A stretch of 64,000 bases of DNA. It comes from an uncultured bacterium. Lineage in GTDB: Bacteria > Krumholzibacteriota > Krumholzibacteriia > Krumholzibacteriales > CAZTHK01. Location of the stretch: contig CAZTHK010000005.1 of NCBI GenBank assembly GCA_964613215.1, positions 7,958 to 71,957 of the forward strand, read 5' to 3'. The notes below the pieces were generated by a model that was not told the origin of the DNA, ran no database searches, and was given only the letters and a program-made list of their open reading frames with translations. The translations under genes were made by a program, and so were the position numbers. Positions 9,535 to 19,727 of this stretch are shown in pieces. Within the stretch, counting starts at the first letter, position 1. Each line of letters opens with the position of its first letter.

Positions 9535-10530
9535 ATGGCAGATAAGGACAGGAAGAATGTTCTGGTAACCGGTGCGCTGGGACAGATTGGGTCGGAACTG
9601 GTGGGGGAGCTGGAGAGGGAATACGGAGCCGAACATATTATCGCCACTGACATAAGGGACAGCAAGGAGGGTAACCTTTCCTCCCGGGGTCCTTTCGAGA
9701 AGCTGGATGTGCTCTCCATGAACCGGATGAAAGAGGTAGTGGAGAAGTACCAGATCTCTTTAATCTATCATCTGGCGGCGGTACTATCTGCAATTGCGGA
9801 GAAGGACCCGCAGCGGGCATGGAAGATAAATATGGAGGGACTGTACAACGCCCTGGAGGTGTCCAGGTTTTATCAATGCAGCCTGTTTGTTCCCAGTTCA
9901 ATCGGAGCGTTTGGTGTTTCCACTCCCCCAGACGGAACTCCTCAGGATACCATCATGCGGCCGGGATCCATGTACGGAGTAACCAAGGTTTCGGGGGAAC
10001 TGCTGTGCGATTACTACCACGGCAGATTCGGGGTGGATACCAGGGGGGTCAGGTACCCCGGTATAATATCCAGCGTTACCCTCCCGGGCGGAGGCACCAC
10101 CGATTACGCCGTGGAAATATTCTATGCTGCGGTTATGAAGAAGAAATACACCTGCTACCTGAAGAAGAATACCTCGCTGGACATGATGTATATGCCTGAT
10201 GCCATAAAGGCCGCCATCGATATCATGCAGGCCGGGGAAGAATCCCTGATTCACAGGAATGCCTTTAATATAACAGCCATGCATTTTACCCCTGAGCAGA
10301 TAGCCTCTGAAATCAAGAAACATATTCCCGGTTTCCGGATGGATTATCAGGTGGATCCGGTGAGACAGGCAATCGCAGATTCCTGGCCCAATTATATGGA
10401 TGACGGTGCAGCCGGGGATGAGTGGGGGTGGAGGCCTCAGTATGACCTGGAGAGGATGACAGAGGATATGCTGAGAAAGATAGAGGAAAAATACAGGAAA
10501 GGGCTGATCAGCGGAGAGATACTGGATTAA
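9535..10530 (+). CDS. tdh: L-threonine 3-dehydrogenase (extended SDR type)
   Basis: TGALGQIG, PSSIGAFG, YGVTK, PGGGTTDYAV, MMYMPD, RQAIADSWP; directly upstream of kbl. Confidence 0.9.
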   Translation: MADKDRKNVLVTGALGQIGSELVGELEREYGAEHIIATDIRDSKEGNLSSRGPFEKLDVLSMNRMKEVVEKYQISLIYHLAAVLSAIAEKDPQRAWKINMEGLYNALEVSRFYQCSLFVPSSIGAFGVSTPPDGTPQDTIMRPGSMYGVTKVSGELLCDYYHGRFGVDTRGVRYPGIISSVTLPGGGTTDYAVEIFYAAVMKKKYTCYLKKNTSLDMMYMPDAIKAAIDIMQAGEESLIHRNAFNITAMHFTPEQIASEIKKHIPGFRMDYQVDPVRQAIADSWPNYMDDGAAGDEWGWRPQYDLERMTEDMLRKIEEKYRKGLISGEILD

Positions 10531-10548
10531 AGAGAAGGGAGAGATGTC

Positions 10549-11742
10549 ATGTACACCATAAGAGAAGAACTGAAAAATCAGCTGGAAGATATCAGGGAGA
10601 GTGGTCTTTACAAGAGCGAGAGGATAATAACCTCCGATCAGAAGGCGGATATAAGTGTAAAAACAGGTGAGGAAGTAATTAACTTCTGCGCCAACAACTA
10701 TCTGGGTCTGGCCAACAATCCGGACCTTATCGAAGCAGCCAGGGGAATTATGGACCGGCGGGGATTCGGCCTGGCATCGGTAAGATTTATCTGCGGCACC
10801 CAGGATATCCACAAGGAGCTGGAGGGTAAGATATCCGAATTTTTCGAAACAGATGACAGTATTCTCTACACCTCCTGCTTCGATGCCAACGGCGGGTTAT
10901 TTGAGGTACTGCTGTCCACGGAAGATGCGGTAATAAGTGATCAGCTCAATCACGCTTCCATAATCGACGGAATACGTCTCTGCAAGGCGATGCGGTACCG
11001 CTACAAGAACAATGACATGGATGATCTCAAGGATAAACTCGATCAGGCCAGATCTGACGGAGCCAAAAGGATAATGATAGCAACAGACGGTGTTTTCTCC
11101 ATGGATGGGATAGTTGCCAGGATCGATAAGATATGTGATCTGGCGGAGGATTATGAGGCGCTGGTGATGGTCGATGATTCACATGCCACCGGATTCTTCG
11201 GTTCCACCGGGAGGGGAAGCGTTGAGCACTGCGGGGCCATGGGAAGGGTGGATATTATTACCTCCACGCTGGGTAAAGCCATGGGTGGGGCATCCGGAGG
11301 ATTCACCACCGGAAGGGAGGAGATAATCGACCTGCTCCGGCAGCGTTCCAGGCCTTATCTATTTTCCAATACCCTGGCGCCTGCTCTGGTAGCTGCAGCC
11401 ATAAAGGCCTTTGATATGTTGATAGAGACCACTGAGCTGAGGGATAAGCTGGCTGAAAATACCAGTTACTTCCGCAGGGAGATAACCGGTCTGGGATATG
11501 ATATAGTGCCGGGTGAACACCCCATCGTACCCATAATGCTGGGAGATGCCAAACTGTCTCAGGATATGGCGGATAAGCTGCTGGATGAAGGGATCTATGT
11601 AATAGGGTTTTTCTACCCGGTGGTTCCCAGGGGAGAGGCCCGGATAAGAGTCCAGATCTCAGCAGCACACAGCAGGGAATATCTGGATAAGGCAATACGT
11701 GCCTTCGGCAAAGTGGGAAAGGAACTGGGAGTAATATCATAG
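10549..11742 (+). CDS. kbl: Glycine C-acetyltransferase (2-amino-3-ketobutyrate CoA ligase)
   Basis: [35 protein letters not shown] (PLP Lys), [11 protein letters not shown]. Confidence 0.97.
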   Translation: MYTIREELKNQLEDIRESGLYKSERIITSDQKADISVKTGEEVINFCANNYLGLANNPDLIEAARGIMDRRGFGLASVRFICGTQDIHKELEGKISEFFETDDSILYTSCFDANGGLFEVLLSTEDAVISDQLNHASIIDGIRLCKAMRYRYKNNDMDDLKDKLDQARSDGAKRIMIATDGVFSMDGIVARIDKICDLAEDYEALVMVDDSHATGFFGSTGRGSVEHCGAMGRVDIITSTLGKAMGGASGGFTTGREEIIDLLRQRSRPYLFSNTLAPALVAAAIKAFDMLIETTELRDKLAENTSYFRREITGLGYDIVPGEHPIVPIMLGDAKLSQDMADKLLDEGIYVIGFFYPVVPRGEARIRVQISAAHSREYLDKAIRAFGKVGKELGVIS

Positions 11743-11871
11743 TATGCCGGTGGACTGAATTGCCGGACTGACAGCAGATCATTTTATCGCTTCCCCATTT
11801 CTGGAATTCCGGTTCGTCTGGAGAGAGAGGATAAAGTACTGGAGGGTGATAGTGTCAGCTGGTGGTGACAG

Positions 11872-12765
11872 ATGATTCTGGAAAAAAGTGAGAATTTCGC
11901 CGTCCGGGAAACCGCCCGGATAACCGGATTTATAAATGATTTCATAGAGAGTTACTCTTATCAGGGTGTGGTGCTGGGTTTGAGCGGAGGACTGGATTCA
12001 TCAGTGGTAGCAGCCCTGTGTGTGAAAGCACTGACCGGAGAGAGGGTAAGGGGACTTATACTGCCGGAGAGGGACAGCTCGGATGAGAGTGTGGAGGATG
12101 CCGGAGCTCTTGCCCGGAAACTGGGAATAGAGTGCAGGGTGTTGGATTTGATCGCCCCTCTTGAGGAACTGGGCTGTTATGAAAGTGCTGCCAGCAGGCT
12201 GGTTAGATTCAAGGGCGTCAAGAAGGCGGTATCACTCTTTCCCGGTCTGGCCAGAAAGGGTTATCTCTCCAGTATGGGGGGCGGGGGGGGCAGAAAATTC
12301 AGAGAATTCACCGCCTTTTACCGGATCAAGCACCGGCTCAGAATGGCGGTACTCTACCGGTATGCAGAGGAGAACAATCTGGCTGTGACCTCCTGTGCTA
12401 ACAGAACGGAACATCAGACCGGTTTTTTCGTGAGGTACGGGGACGATTCGGGGGATATTGCACCGGTCAGGCACCTGTATAAATCGGAGGTTCTGAAAAT
12501 TGGTGAGTATCTGGACATACCCGGCAGGATTCTGGATAAGGCACCATCACCAGACCTGTTTGCGGGTCTGGAGGATGAGGAGGTGATGGGTATTACCTAT
12601 CACAGCCTGGACCTTATTCTGGATGGCCTGTCCAGAGGTAAGGATAAGAACTGTTTGACCCGGGAGACCCGGGAGGATGAGGAAACAATAGAATTCGTAA
12701 AGGAGATGGTGGATAGATCGAAGCCCATGAGGGAATGGCCGGCGGTAATTACCCGGGAAGAGTAA
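11872..12765 (+). CDS. nadE: NH3-dependent NAD+ synthetase
   Basis: GLSGGLDSSV, KHRLRMA, NRTE...GFFVRYGD, KAPSPDL...EDE; no glutaminase domain. Confidence 0.93.
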   Translation: MILEKSENFAVRETARITGFINDFIESYSYQGVVLGLSGGLDSSVVAALCVKALTGERVRGLILPERDSSDESVEDAGALARKLGIECRVLDLIAPLEELGCYESAASRLVRFKGVKKAVSLFPGLARKGYLSSMGGGGGRKFREFTAFYRIKHRLRMAVLYRYAEENNLAVTSCANRTEHQTGFFVRYGDDSGDIAPVRHLYKSEVLKIGEYLDIPGRILDKAPSPDLFAGLEDEEVMGITYHSLDLILDGLSRGKDKNCLTRETREDEETIEFVKEMVDRSKPMREWPAVITREE

Positions 12766-12979
12766 TCTGCTGTTTAAAATGATCAGTGCCGCCCGGGTAT
12801 TACTGGATGAAGAAGGAGGAGAAACGCCCTTAAGAAAAGGATCGGGGTATGACGACGGGAAAGGCCCGGATTTGTAACCCCGGCGGGATGGTTTTTACTA
12901 AAAATCTTCCGCAATTAAGGCGATAACCCTGGTAGGACATGGATAACGGAGGAGAGAGTTTTAGATTGAGGAGGATTAA

Positions 12980-14965
12980 ATGACACTGGATCTGATCGAT
13001 AGTTTGATAAGAGTTATTCCCTGGATTGGTATTGTTGGCCTGGTAGTGGCGGTGATTACATATTTCGATGTGAAGAGAAAACCCGAGGGAAGCGAATTGA
13101 TGAGTAAGATCGCCGCCAAAATTCACCGGGGAGCATTTATATTTCTTAAGCAGGAATACCGGATAATCGCATTGTTCATAGTGGTGATTTTCGTGGTCCT
13201 GACATTTACTCTCTCCCTGATGACTGCGGTGGCTTTTCTCAGTGGAGCGATTTGTTCCATGCTGGCAGGCCTGTTTGGAATGGAGGCTGCCACCCGCAGC
13301 AGTGTAAGGACATGCCAGGGAGCCAAGGAGGGGGGAACCCCACTGGCCCTCTCCATAGCTTTCAAGGGTGGTTCTGTAATGGGTATAAGTGTGGCCGCCC
13401 TGGGGGTGGTAGGACTGGGCTTCTACTTTATTTTTACCAGGGATCCCAAGATAATCAACGGCTTTGCCATGGGGGCAAGTTCCATAGCTCTGTTTGCCAG
13501 GGTGGGAGGGGGAGTGTATACCAAGAGTGCCGATGTGGGTGCTGATCTGGTGGGAAAGCTAGAGGCGGGTATTCCCGAAGATGATCCCCGCAATCCCGGA
13601 GTTATAGCGGATAATGTGGGTGATAATGTGGGTGATACCGCAGGCATGGGAGCAGACCTGTTCGAGAGCTATGTGGGCAGTGTGGTGGCAACCATGGCCA
13701 TAGGGGCTGCCATGGGGGGAGTGGAGAATATAAGGTGGATGTCCCTTCCGGTAATCCTTATAGGAGTTGGTTTGATAGCCTCTCTGATCGGGATACTCTC
13801 CATAAACATACTGAAGCGGATGGAACCACAGGGGGCCCTGAGGCTCAGTACCTATATAAGCGGTATACTGTTTATTGTGGGATCATATTTCCTGATCAAA
13901 TATATCCTGGGTGTAATAGAACCCTTCTGGGCGATCCTTGCCGGTATACTCGCCGGGATTCTGATAGGACTGGAGAGCGAATATTTCACCTCCGGCAAGC
14001 CGGTCAGGACAGTAGCTGAGGCCAGTGAGACCGGACCCGCTACCACCATTATCACCGGTCTTGCAGTGGGATTCGAGAGCGCTGTTCTTCCGGTAATCAC
14101 CCTGGTAGTGGCCATGTATATATCATACAACTTCGGGGGCGGACTCTACGGAGTGGCAATTTCAGCGGTAGGTATGCTTTCTACCATAGGTATAGTAATG
14201 TCTACAGATTCCTACGGCCCCATAGCAGATAACGCCGGGGGAATCGCAGAGATGTCTCAGTCCGGTCCGGAAATAAGGAAGATTACTGACAAGCTTGATT
14301 CCATCGGGAACACCACCGCTGCCATAGGAAAGGGTTTCGCCATAGGATCCGCCGCCCTGACCGCTATGGCACTTTTCAGCGCCTATCAGAAGACGGTGGG
14401 ACTGGAGTCGATCGATCTCTCTAATTCAACCACGGTGATTGGCCTGTTTCTGGGAGCGATGATGCCGTTTCTGATAGCTTCCCTTACTATCAAGGGGGTG
14501 GGGAGAGCGGCCAATAAGATGGTGATGGAGATAAGAAGGCAGTTCAGAGAGATAAAGGGACTGATGGAGGGTGAGGCCGAACCGGATGAGGAAACCTGTG
14601 TGGAGATAGTAACCAAGGCGGCTCTGAAAGAGATGATGCTGCCAGGAGTTCTTGCTATAACATCACCTCTGTTTATGGGATTCGTACTGGGACCTGAAGC
14701 ACTGGGAGGGTTTCTGGCCGGAGCTACCGCTACAGGTGTACTGATGGGTATCTTCATGGCAAATGCCGGTGGGACATGGGACAATGCCAAGAAATGGATA
14801 GAGGAGGGGAACCTGGGGGGTAAGGGTACCGATGTCCATGCTGCCTCAGTGGTAGGTGATACCGTGGGAGACCCTCTTAAGGATACCTCCGGACCCAGTA
14901 TGAATATACTTATCAAGCTGATGTCTGTGGTGGCGCTGGTTTTTGCCCCTCTTCTGCTGGGATAG
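12980..14965 (+). CDS. hppA: Membrane-bound K+-dependent, probably Na+-translocating pyrophosphatase
   Basis: [51 protein letters not shown]. Confidence 0.96.
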   Translation: MTLDLIDSLIRVIPWIGIVGLVVAVITYFDVKRKPEGSELMSKIAAKIHRGAFIFLKQEYRIIALFIVVIFVVLTFTLSLMTAVAFLSGAICSMLAGLFGMEAATRSSVRTCQGAKEGGTPLALSIAFKGGSVMGISVAALGVVGLGFYFIFTRDPKIINGFAMGASSIALFARVGGGVYTKSADVGADLVGKLEAGIPEDDPRNPGVIADNVGDNVGDTAGMGADLFESYVGSVVATMAIGAAMGGVENIRWMSLPVILIGVGLIASLIGILSINILKRMEPQGALRLSTYISGILFIVGSYFLIKYILGVIEPFWAILAGILAGILIGLESEYFTSGKPVRTVAEASETGPATTIITGLAVGFESAVLPVITLVVAMYISYNFGGGLYGVAISAVGMLSTIGIVMSTDSYGPIADNAGGIAEMSQSGPEIRKITDKLDSIGNTTAAIGKGFAIGSAALTAMALFSAYQKTVGLESIDLSNSTTVIGLFLGAMMPFLIASLTIKGVGRAANKMVMEIRRQFREIKGLMEGEAEPDEETCVEIVTKAALKEMMLPGVLAITSPLFMGFVLGPEALGGFLAGATATGVLMGIFMANAGGTWDNAKKWIEEGNLGGKGTDVHAASVVGDTVGDPLKDTSGPSMNILIKLMSVVALVFAPLLLG

Positions 14966-15183
14966 CAGCCTGGCTGAAAAGATAGACTCTTCAAGCTCTC
15001 TGTCATCTCTACCCGGCAGGGATGGAGGGGGATTTATATACCTCCGGGCGGTTAATCTGAGATATTTCAGGGGCTGGCCATTTCATCATCACTCCGCTTT
15101 ATCCCGGTTAATAGGGATATATGTTGCAGGAACTGCATATTAGCGCTATGCTGAAAGAGTGAAGTAAAGGCACTCTATCGGGA

Positions 15184-16278
15184 ATGAATATTATGTCTTT
15201 GACCGTCGGAATAATAGGATTGCCCAACGTGGGGAAATCAACCTTTCTCAATGCCCTGGCCTGTTCCGGTGCGGAGGCTTCCAACTATCCATTCTGTACT
15301 ATTGAATGCAACAGAGGAATGGTACCCGTTCCGGATCAGAGGCTGGACCGGCTGGCTGATATTATTAATCCGGATGAAGTGATTCCCTCTGCCATATCGT
15401 TTGTTGATATTGCCGGCCTGGTTAAGGGTGCCAGCAGGGGGGAAGGCCTGGGAAACAAATTTCTCCATCATGTCAGGGAGGCCAATGTTCTCGCCCATGT
15501 GGTGAGATGTTTCGGCAGCGATGATGTGAGTCATGTACATGGATCCATAGATCCTCTCAGGGATATAGAGATTATCAGAACGGAGCTCTTCCTGGCAGAT
15601 ATTTCGCGTGTGAATGGATTTATGGAGAAGGAGAAAAAGGTTGCCAAGGCGAAGAGAAAGGGAGAGAGGAAGGAGATTGATTTTCTGAAGTGGGTGATAG
15701 AGAAACTGTCCCTTGAAGAGTCTGTGAGCCCGCATGAAGTAAGTGGTTATAAGAAGGATATGTTCGACAGGCTGGAGCTTCTGACCTCCAAGCCTGAGGT
15801 TATCGTGTTGAACTCCGGAGAGGATGACCCCACCGGGAAGGGTGATGATTACAGAAAAGTAGTAGAGAAATACGGTTCCAGGAATAGCTTTGTTATATCC
15901 GCCAGGATCGAAGCTGAGATAGAAGATATTCCCGGAGATGACCGGGAGGAATTCATGAGGGAATTGGGTATGGATACCGAAGCAAGATTAAGATTCATAA
16001 CCAAATGTCACCAATTGCTTGGACTGATAAGGTATTATACCACAGCTCACCGGAAGTTACAGGCGTGGTCCATCCAGAAGGGTACTACCGCTCCGGAGGC
16101 GGCCGGAAAGATTCACAGTGACATGGATAGTGGATTTATCAGAGCCGAGGTGGTGAGCTTCGGCGATCTGGCAGAGGCAGGATCAATAGCATCGGCCAGA
16201 GAGGGAGGCCAGTTGAGGACGGAGGGACATGATTATGTTATCAGTGACGGGGATGTGGTTCATTTTCTTTTCCGTTGA
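15184..16278 (+). CDS. ychF: Redox-regulated ATPase YchF
   Basis: GIIGLPNVGKST, NYPFCTI, DIAGLVKGASRGEGLGNKFL, AAGKIHSD, GFIRAEV. Confidence 0.96.
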   Translation: MNIMSLTVGIIGLPNVGKSTFLNALACSGAEASNYPFCTIECNRGMVPVPDQRLDRLADIINPDEVIPSAISFVDIAGLVKGASRGEGLGNKFLHHVREANVLAHVVRCFGSDDVSHVHGSIDPLRDIEIIRTELFLADISRVNGFMEKEKKVAKAKRKGERKEIDFLKWVIEKLSLEESVSPHEVSGYKKDMFDRLELLTSKPEVIVLNSGEDDPTGKGDDYRKVVEKYGSRNSFVISARIEAEIEDIPGDDREEFMRELGMDTEARLRFITKCHQLLGLIRYYTTAHRKLQAWSIQKGTTAPEAAGKIHSDMDSGFIRAEVVSFGDLAEAGSIASAREGGQLRTEGHDYVISDGDVVHFLFR

Positions 16279-16321
16279 TTCAGGAATGATCACTGTTTTT
16301 CCGAAGGAGTAAAAGTTTACC

Positions 16322-16762
16322 GTGGAGAAGAGCAGAGTAGGACATGAGACATTTGAACATCCCGCTGATATGGGGGTGAGGGGGTGGGGTCGAACGGTGG
16401 AAGAGGCCTTCCAGGAAACTGCAGCGGCGATGTTCAGTATCATGGGTAAAACCGAAAAGAGAACCGGAGGCAGAACAATCGATATAAACTGCCGGGGAGG
16501 TTCACTGGAGGAATTGCTGGTGGATTTCCTGAATGATTTGATATCCGGGGCTGATATTAATTCTTTGTTCCTTTACCGGGTGGAGGTGGAGAATATAGAA
16601 AAGAGGGAGGAGTATGAACTGATTGGAAAGGCCTGCGGAATTCCGATTCGGAGTCACGGAATAGATTTCAATACTGAAGTGAAGGCAGCATCATACTTTG
16701 GAGTTTCTGTCGAACAGGCAGATAAAGACGGATGGATGGCTCAGTGTGTGGTAGATCTTTAG
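16322..16762 (+). CDS. Archease (RtcB activator)
   Basis: EHPADMG N-terminus, EVKAASY, C-terminal VVDL; adjacent to rtcB. Confidence 0.92.
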   Translation: MEKSRVGHETFEHPADMGVRGWGRTVEEAFQETAAAMFSIMGKTEKRTGGRTIDINCRGGSLEELLVDFLNDLISGADINSLFLYRVEVENIEKREEYELIGKACGIPIRSHGIDFNTEVKAASYFGVSVEQADKDGWMAQCVVDL

Positions 16763-16771
16763 GGGGTTATT

Positions 16772-18226
16772 GTGGCCAGTGTGAATATTAAAAAGATTAA
16801 TGATTATCTATGGGAGATTCCCCGTGAGGGCAACATGAATGTTCCGGGTAGAATCTATGTTGACCGGAAGGGGATAAAGTTTCTCCTCTCTGAAAGTGAA
16901 AATAAGCAGTGGGATGCATTGCTTCAGGTCAGGAATGTAGCCCGTCTTCCCGGAATTCAGAAGGCATCCCTGGCCATGGCAGATATACATCCCGGCTATG
17001 GTTTTCCTATCGGGGGAGTGGGAGCATTCGAATTGGAGAGGGGAGTTGTGACCATGGCGGGGGTGGGATTCGACATAAACTGCGGAGTGAGGTCCATGGT
17101 GGTAAACCTTGACAGAAGGGATATAACCCGTCTGGCAGGGAAACTGGCGGCTGGTCTCTTCAATTCCGTACCCGCCGGTCTGGGCTCCACCGGGAAGCTG
17201 AAACTTTCTCAGAAGGAAATTGACCGGGTATTGACAGAGGGGGCCCGCTTTGTGCTGGATCGTGGATATGGGGTGGAGGAGGATCTTGAGTATATAGAGG
17301 AGGGGGGAAGGATGGAGGGAGCCGATCCGGGCAATGTCAGCGAAAAAGCGAAGAAGCGCCAGTTTAAGCAGGTGGGGACCCTGGGGTCGGGCAATCATTA
17401 TCTGGAAGTTCAATTTGTTGATCAGATCTTCGATCAGGAGGCGGCGGAGATTTTCGGTCTGGAGGAGGGCAGGATAATAGTAAGCATTCATACCGGCAGC
17501 AGGGCTCTGGGACATCAGATAGGAACAGATTATCTGTCCGTTCTGGGTAAGGCCAGCCGGAAATATCAGATAGAAATTCTGGAGAGGGAGCTGGTGGCCG
17601 CACCCATAAGCAGCCCTGAAGGAAAAAGGTATATTTCTGCAGTTATGGCCGGTATCAATTGTGCTTTCGCTAACCGTCAGGCTATAAGCGGGATAACCAG
17701 GAAGGTTTTTAAGGATATCTTTTCCCTGAGTGATGATGATATTGGTACTCTCTATGATGTAGGCCATAATAATCTGAAATTTGAGACTCACCGGATAGAC
17801 AGTGAGGAGAAGAAACTTCTGGTGCACCGCAAGGGATCCACCAGAGCCTTCGGGCCGGGAAGAATGGAGGTGCCGGAGAGTTACCGCAAGGTGGGGCATC
17901 CTGTCCTGGTAGGGGGAACCATGGGTACGTCATCATATGTTCTGGTGGGGACGGAGAAGGGTATGCGGGATACCTTCGGAAGCGCCGTTCATGGCGCCGG
18001 CAGGATGCTGTCCAGAAAGAAGGCCAAGAAAAAATTCTGGGGTGAGGATGTTATCCGGGATCTGGGTGACAGAGGAATCATAATAAAGGCTCACAGTAAA
18101 GCCGGTGCGGCGGAGGAAGCACCGGGTGCCTACAAGGCTGTGGAGGATGTTATCCTCACCATGGAGAACGCAGGAGTTAACAAAAGGGTTGCCAGGCTGG
18201 AGCCCATGATATGCATAAAGGGTTAG
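16772..18226 (+). CDS. rtcB: RNA ligase RtcB
   Basis: MADIHPGYGFPIGGV, GFDINCG, GTLGSGNHYLE, HTGSR, HRKGSTRA, HGAGR, EEAPGAYK. Confidence 0.97.
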   Translation: MASVNIKKINDYLWEIPREGNMNVPGRIYVDRKGIKFLLSESENKQWDALLQVRNVARLPGIQKASLAMADIHPGYGFPIGGVGAFELERGVVTMAGVGFDINCGVRSMVVNLDRRDITRLAGKLAAGLFNSVPAGLGSTGKLKLSQKEIDRVLTEGARFVLDRGYGVEEDLEYIEEGGRMEGADPGNVSEKAKKRQFKQVGTLGSGNHYLEVQFVDQIFDQEAAEIFGLEEGRIIVSIHTGSRALGHQIGTDYLSVLGKASRKYQIEILERELVAAPISSPEGKRYISAVMAGINCAFANRQAISGITRKVFKDIFSLSDDDIGTLYDVGHNNLKFETHRIDSEEKKLLVHRKGSTRAFGPGRMEVPESYRKVGHPVLVGGTMGTSSYVLVGTEKGMRDTFGSAVHGAGRMLSRKKAKKKFWGEDVIRDLGDRGIIIKAHSKAGAAEEAPGAYKAVEDVILTMENAGVNKRVARLEPMICIKG

Positions 18227-18313
18227 TTATTTCAGTTTTACATCCGCTTGACAGAATTTACCCTCTACCGCTTATCCCGGATGGTTCAGGTCAACCGGTT
18301 TGCTGAATCAGAC

Positions 18314-19690
18314 TTATTCCGGCACCGGTTTCTTCCTGCCATTCTGCCACTCCACCTCCCACGCAGGATCAGCGTATTTCCTGTATTCTCTGGCGTATTG
18401 ATCCAGATCGTCTGCGAAGGTGGTGATTATCTCTTCCGCTCCCTCACAGGTGGGACTGGCATTGTATTTATTGACCACATTTCGTAAAACTTCCGGATTG
18501 TCTATGATCATACAGGGGGTAAGAAGATTTTCACGGTATGGTATCCTGGAACGAATGCTTCTCATGAAGGGCGAATTGATAGCCTCTTTAAGTGATTTAT
18601 CCTTAATGTTGTCCACTGCAAAGTGAGCGAACACACAGGGCTCCACATCACCATTGGAATTTATATGCAGATACTCCCGTCCTCCGGCAATGCAGCCGTT
18701 AACGTACGGACCGTCATTCCAGAAGTCCCCGATAAATATGGGCCGGGTATTCCTCGCTTCATTAACCCTCTGGCGTAGCCAGTCCCTCTGTTGTGGGGTG
18801 GGCATTATGCCGAGAGAGGGGTAGCGGCCTATTGGTATGTACTGGAAATACCATATAACCATAGCGCCTTTTTCTACCAGCATGTCTATGAAATCATAAC
18901 TGCCTATCTTTTCTATATTTTCTCTGGTCTCGGTAAGTGATGCCCCGAATATGCATCCCCTCTCACGGAGCAGGTCCATTGCTTTCATCACCTTGTCGTA
19001 AGTACCCTTGCCCCTCCTTTCGTCCGTTTCTTCCCGGAATCCCTCCAGGCTCATGACAGGAGCCACATTGCCCAGCTCGGCCAGCCGGTCGGCGGTTTTT
19101 TCGTTTATCATGGTGCCGTTGGTATATACCTGGAAGTACATATCGCTGTGCTCTTCCCATAAATCGAATAAGTCTTTGCGCATGAATGCTTCCCCGCCAC
19201 TCATGGTGTTGAAATACATTCCCAGTTCCTTGCATTCATTCAGAATGCGATCCAGCAATTCGAAGGATAGACCATCATCCTGGGAATACTGCCCTGCATA
19301 GCAACCGGGGCACTTGAGATTGCATCTCATAGTGGGGCTTATTACGATGAACTGAGGAGGCTGGAATCCCTCTTTCTCCTTGAATGAATTTCTCTTATCT
19401 ATACCGGTAAGAAAGGAGTTGATAAAAAGATTTCTGATCAGCTTTTCCCTGACATTTGGAGAGAGTCGGTTCTTCAGGATATCCTCGATTAATATCGCCG
19501 CTGGATGTCCCATCTCAAACAGATTGAGAAGATTCTTGGCGTTCTGCTTGTATTCGGGATCATTGGTCAGCTTTTGGCCCATCCATATCATGCGCTTAAC
19601 ATTTGTGGTTGAGAACTTTGGTATCAACGCCATTATTTCGTCGATGAGCTTTTCCTCAGAGTAGTGTCTTATTCTTTCCAGGAAATCCAC
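18314..19690 (-). CDS. Radical SAM protein with SPASM/twitch-type C-terminal domain
   Basis: CNLKCPGC, SGGE, YTNGT, GCIAGGREYLHINSNGDVEPC, PCMIID. Confidence 0.92.
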   Translation of the reverse strand: MDFLERIRHYSEEKLIDEIMALIPKFSTTNVKRMIWMGQKLTNDPEYKQNAKNLLNLFEMGHPAAILIEDILKNRLSPNVREKLIRNLFINSFLTGIDKRNSFKEKEGFQPPQFIVISPTMRCNLKCPGCYAGQYSQDDGLSFELLDRILNECKELGMYFNTMSGGEAFMRKDLFDLWEEHSDMYFQVYTNGTMINEKTADRLAELGNVAPVMSLEGFREETDERRGKGTYDKVMKAMDLLRERGCIFGASLTETRENIEKIGSYDFIDMLVEKGAMVIWYFQYIPIGRYPSLGIMPTPQQRDWLRQRVNEARNTRPIFIGDFWNDGPYVNGCIAGGREYLHINSNGDVEPCVFAHFAVDNIKDKSLKEAINSPFMRSIRSRIPYRENLLTPCMIIDNPEVLRNVVNKYNASPTCEGAEEIITTFADDLDQYAREYRKYADPAWEVEWQNGRKKPVPE

Positions 19691-19727
19691 TGCTCAACCT
19701 CCTCCTTATTATTGCAATGAACTGTAA

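Noticed and set aside
9898-10812. 304-aa antisense ORF spanning tdh/kbl
   Set aside because: Shadow of two conserved genes; no recognisable domain.
12766-12979. GGA-rich leader of hppA as a CsrA array or Na+ riboswitch
   Set aside because: GGA is common on the purine-rich coding strand here; I could not identify repeated GGA hairpin loops or a riboswitch consensus.
16808-17899. 363-aa antisense ORF inside rtcB
   Set aside because: Fully overlaps a well-supported gene on the opposite strand, with no motifs or SD; a shadow ORF from codon bias.
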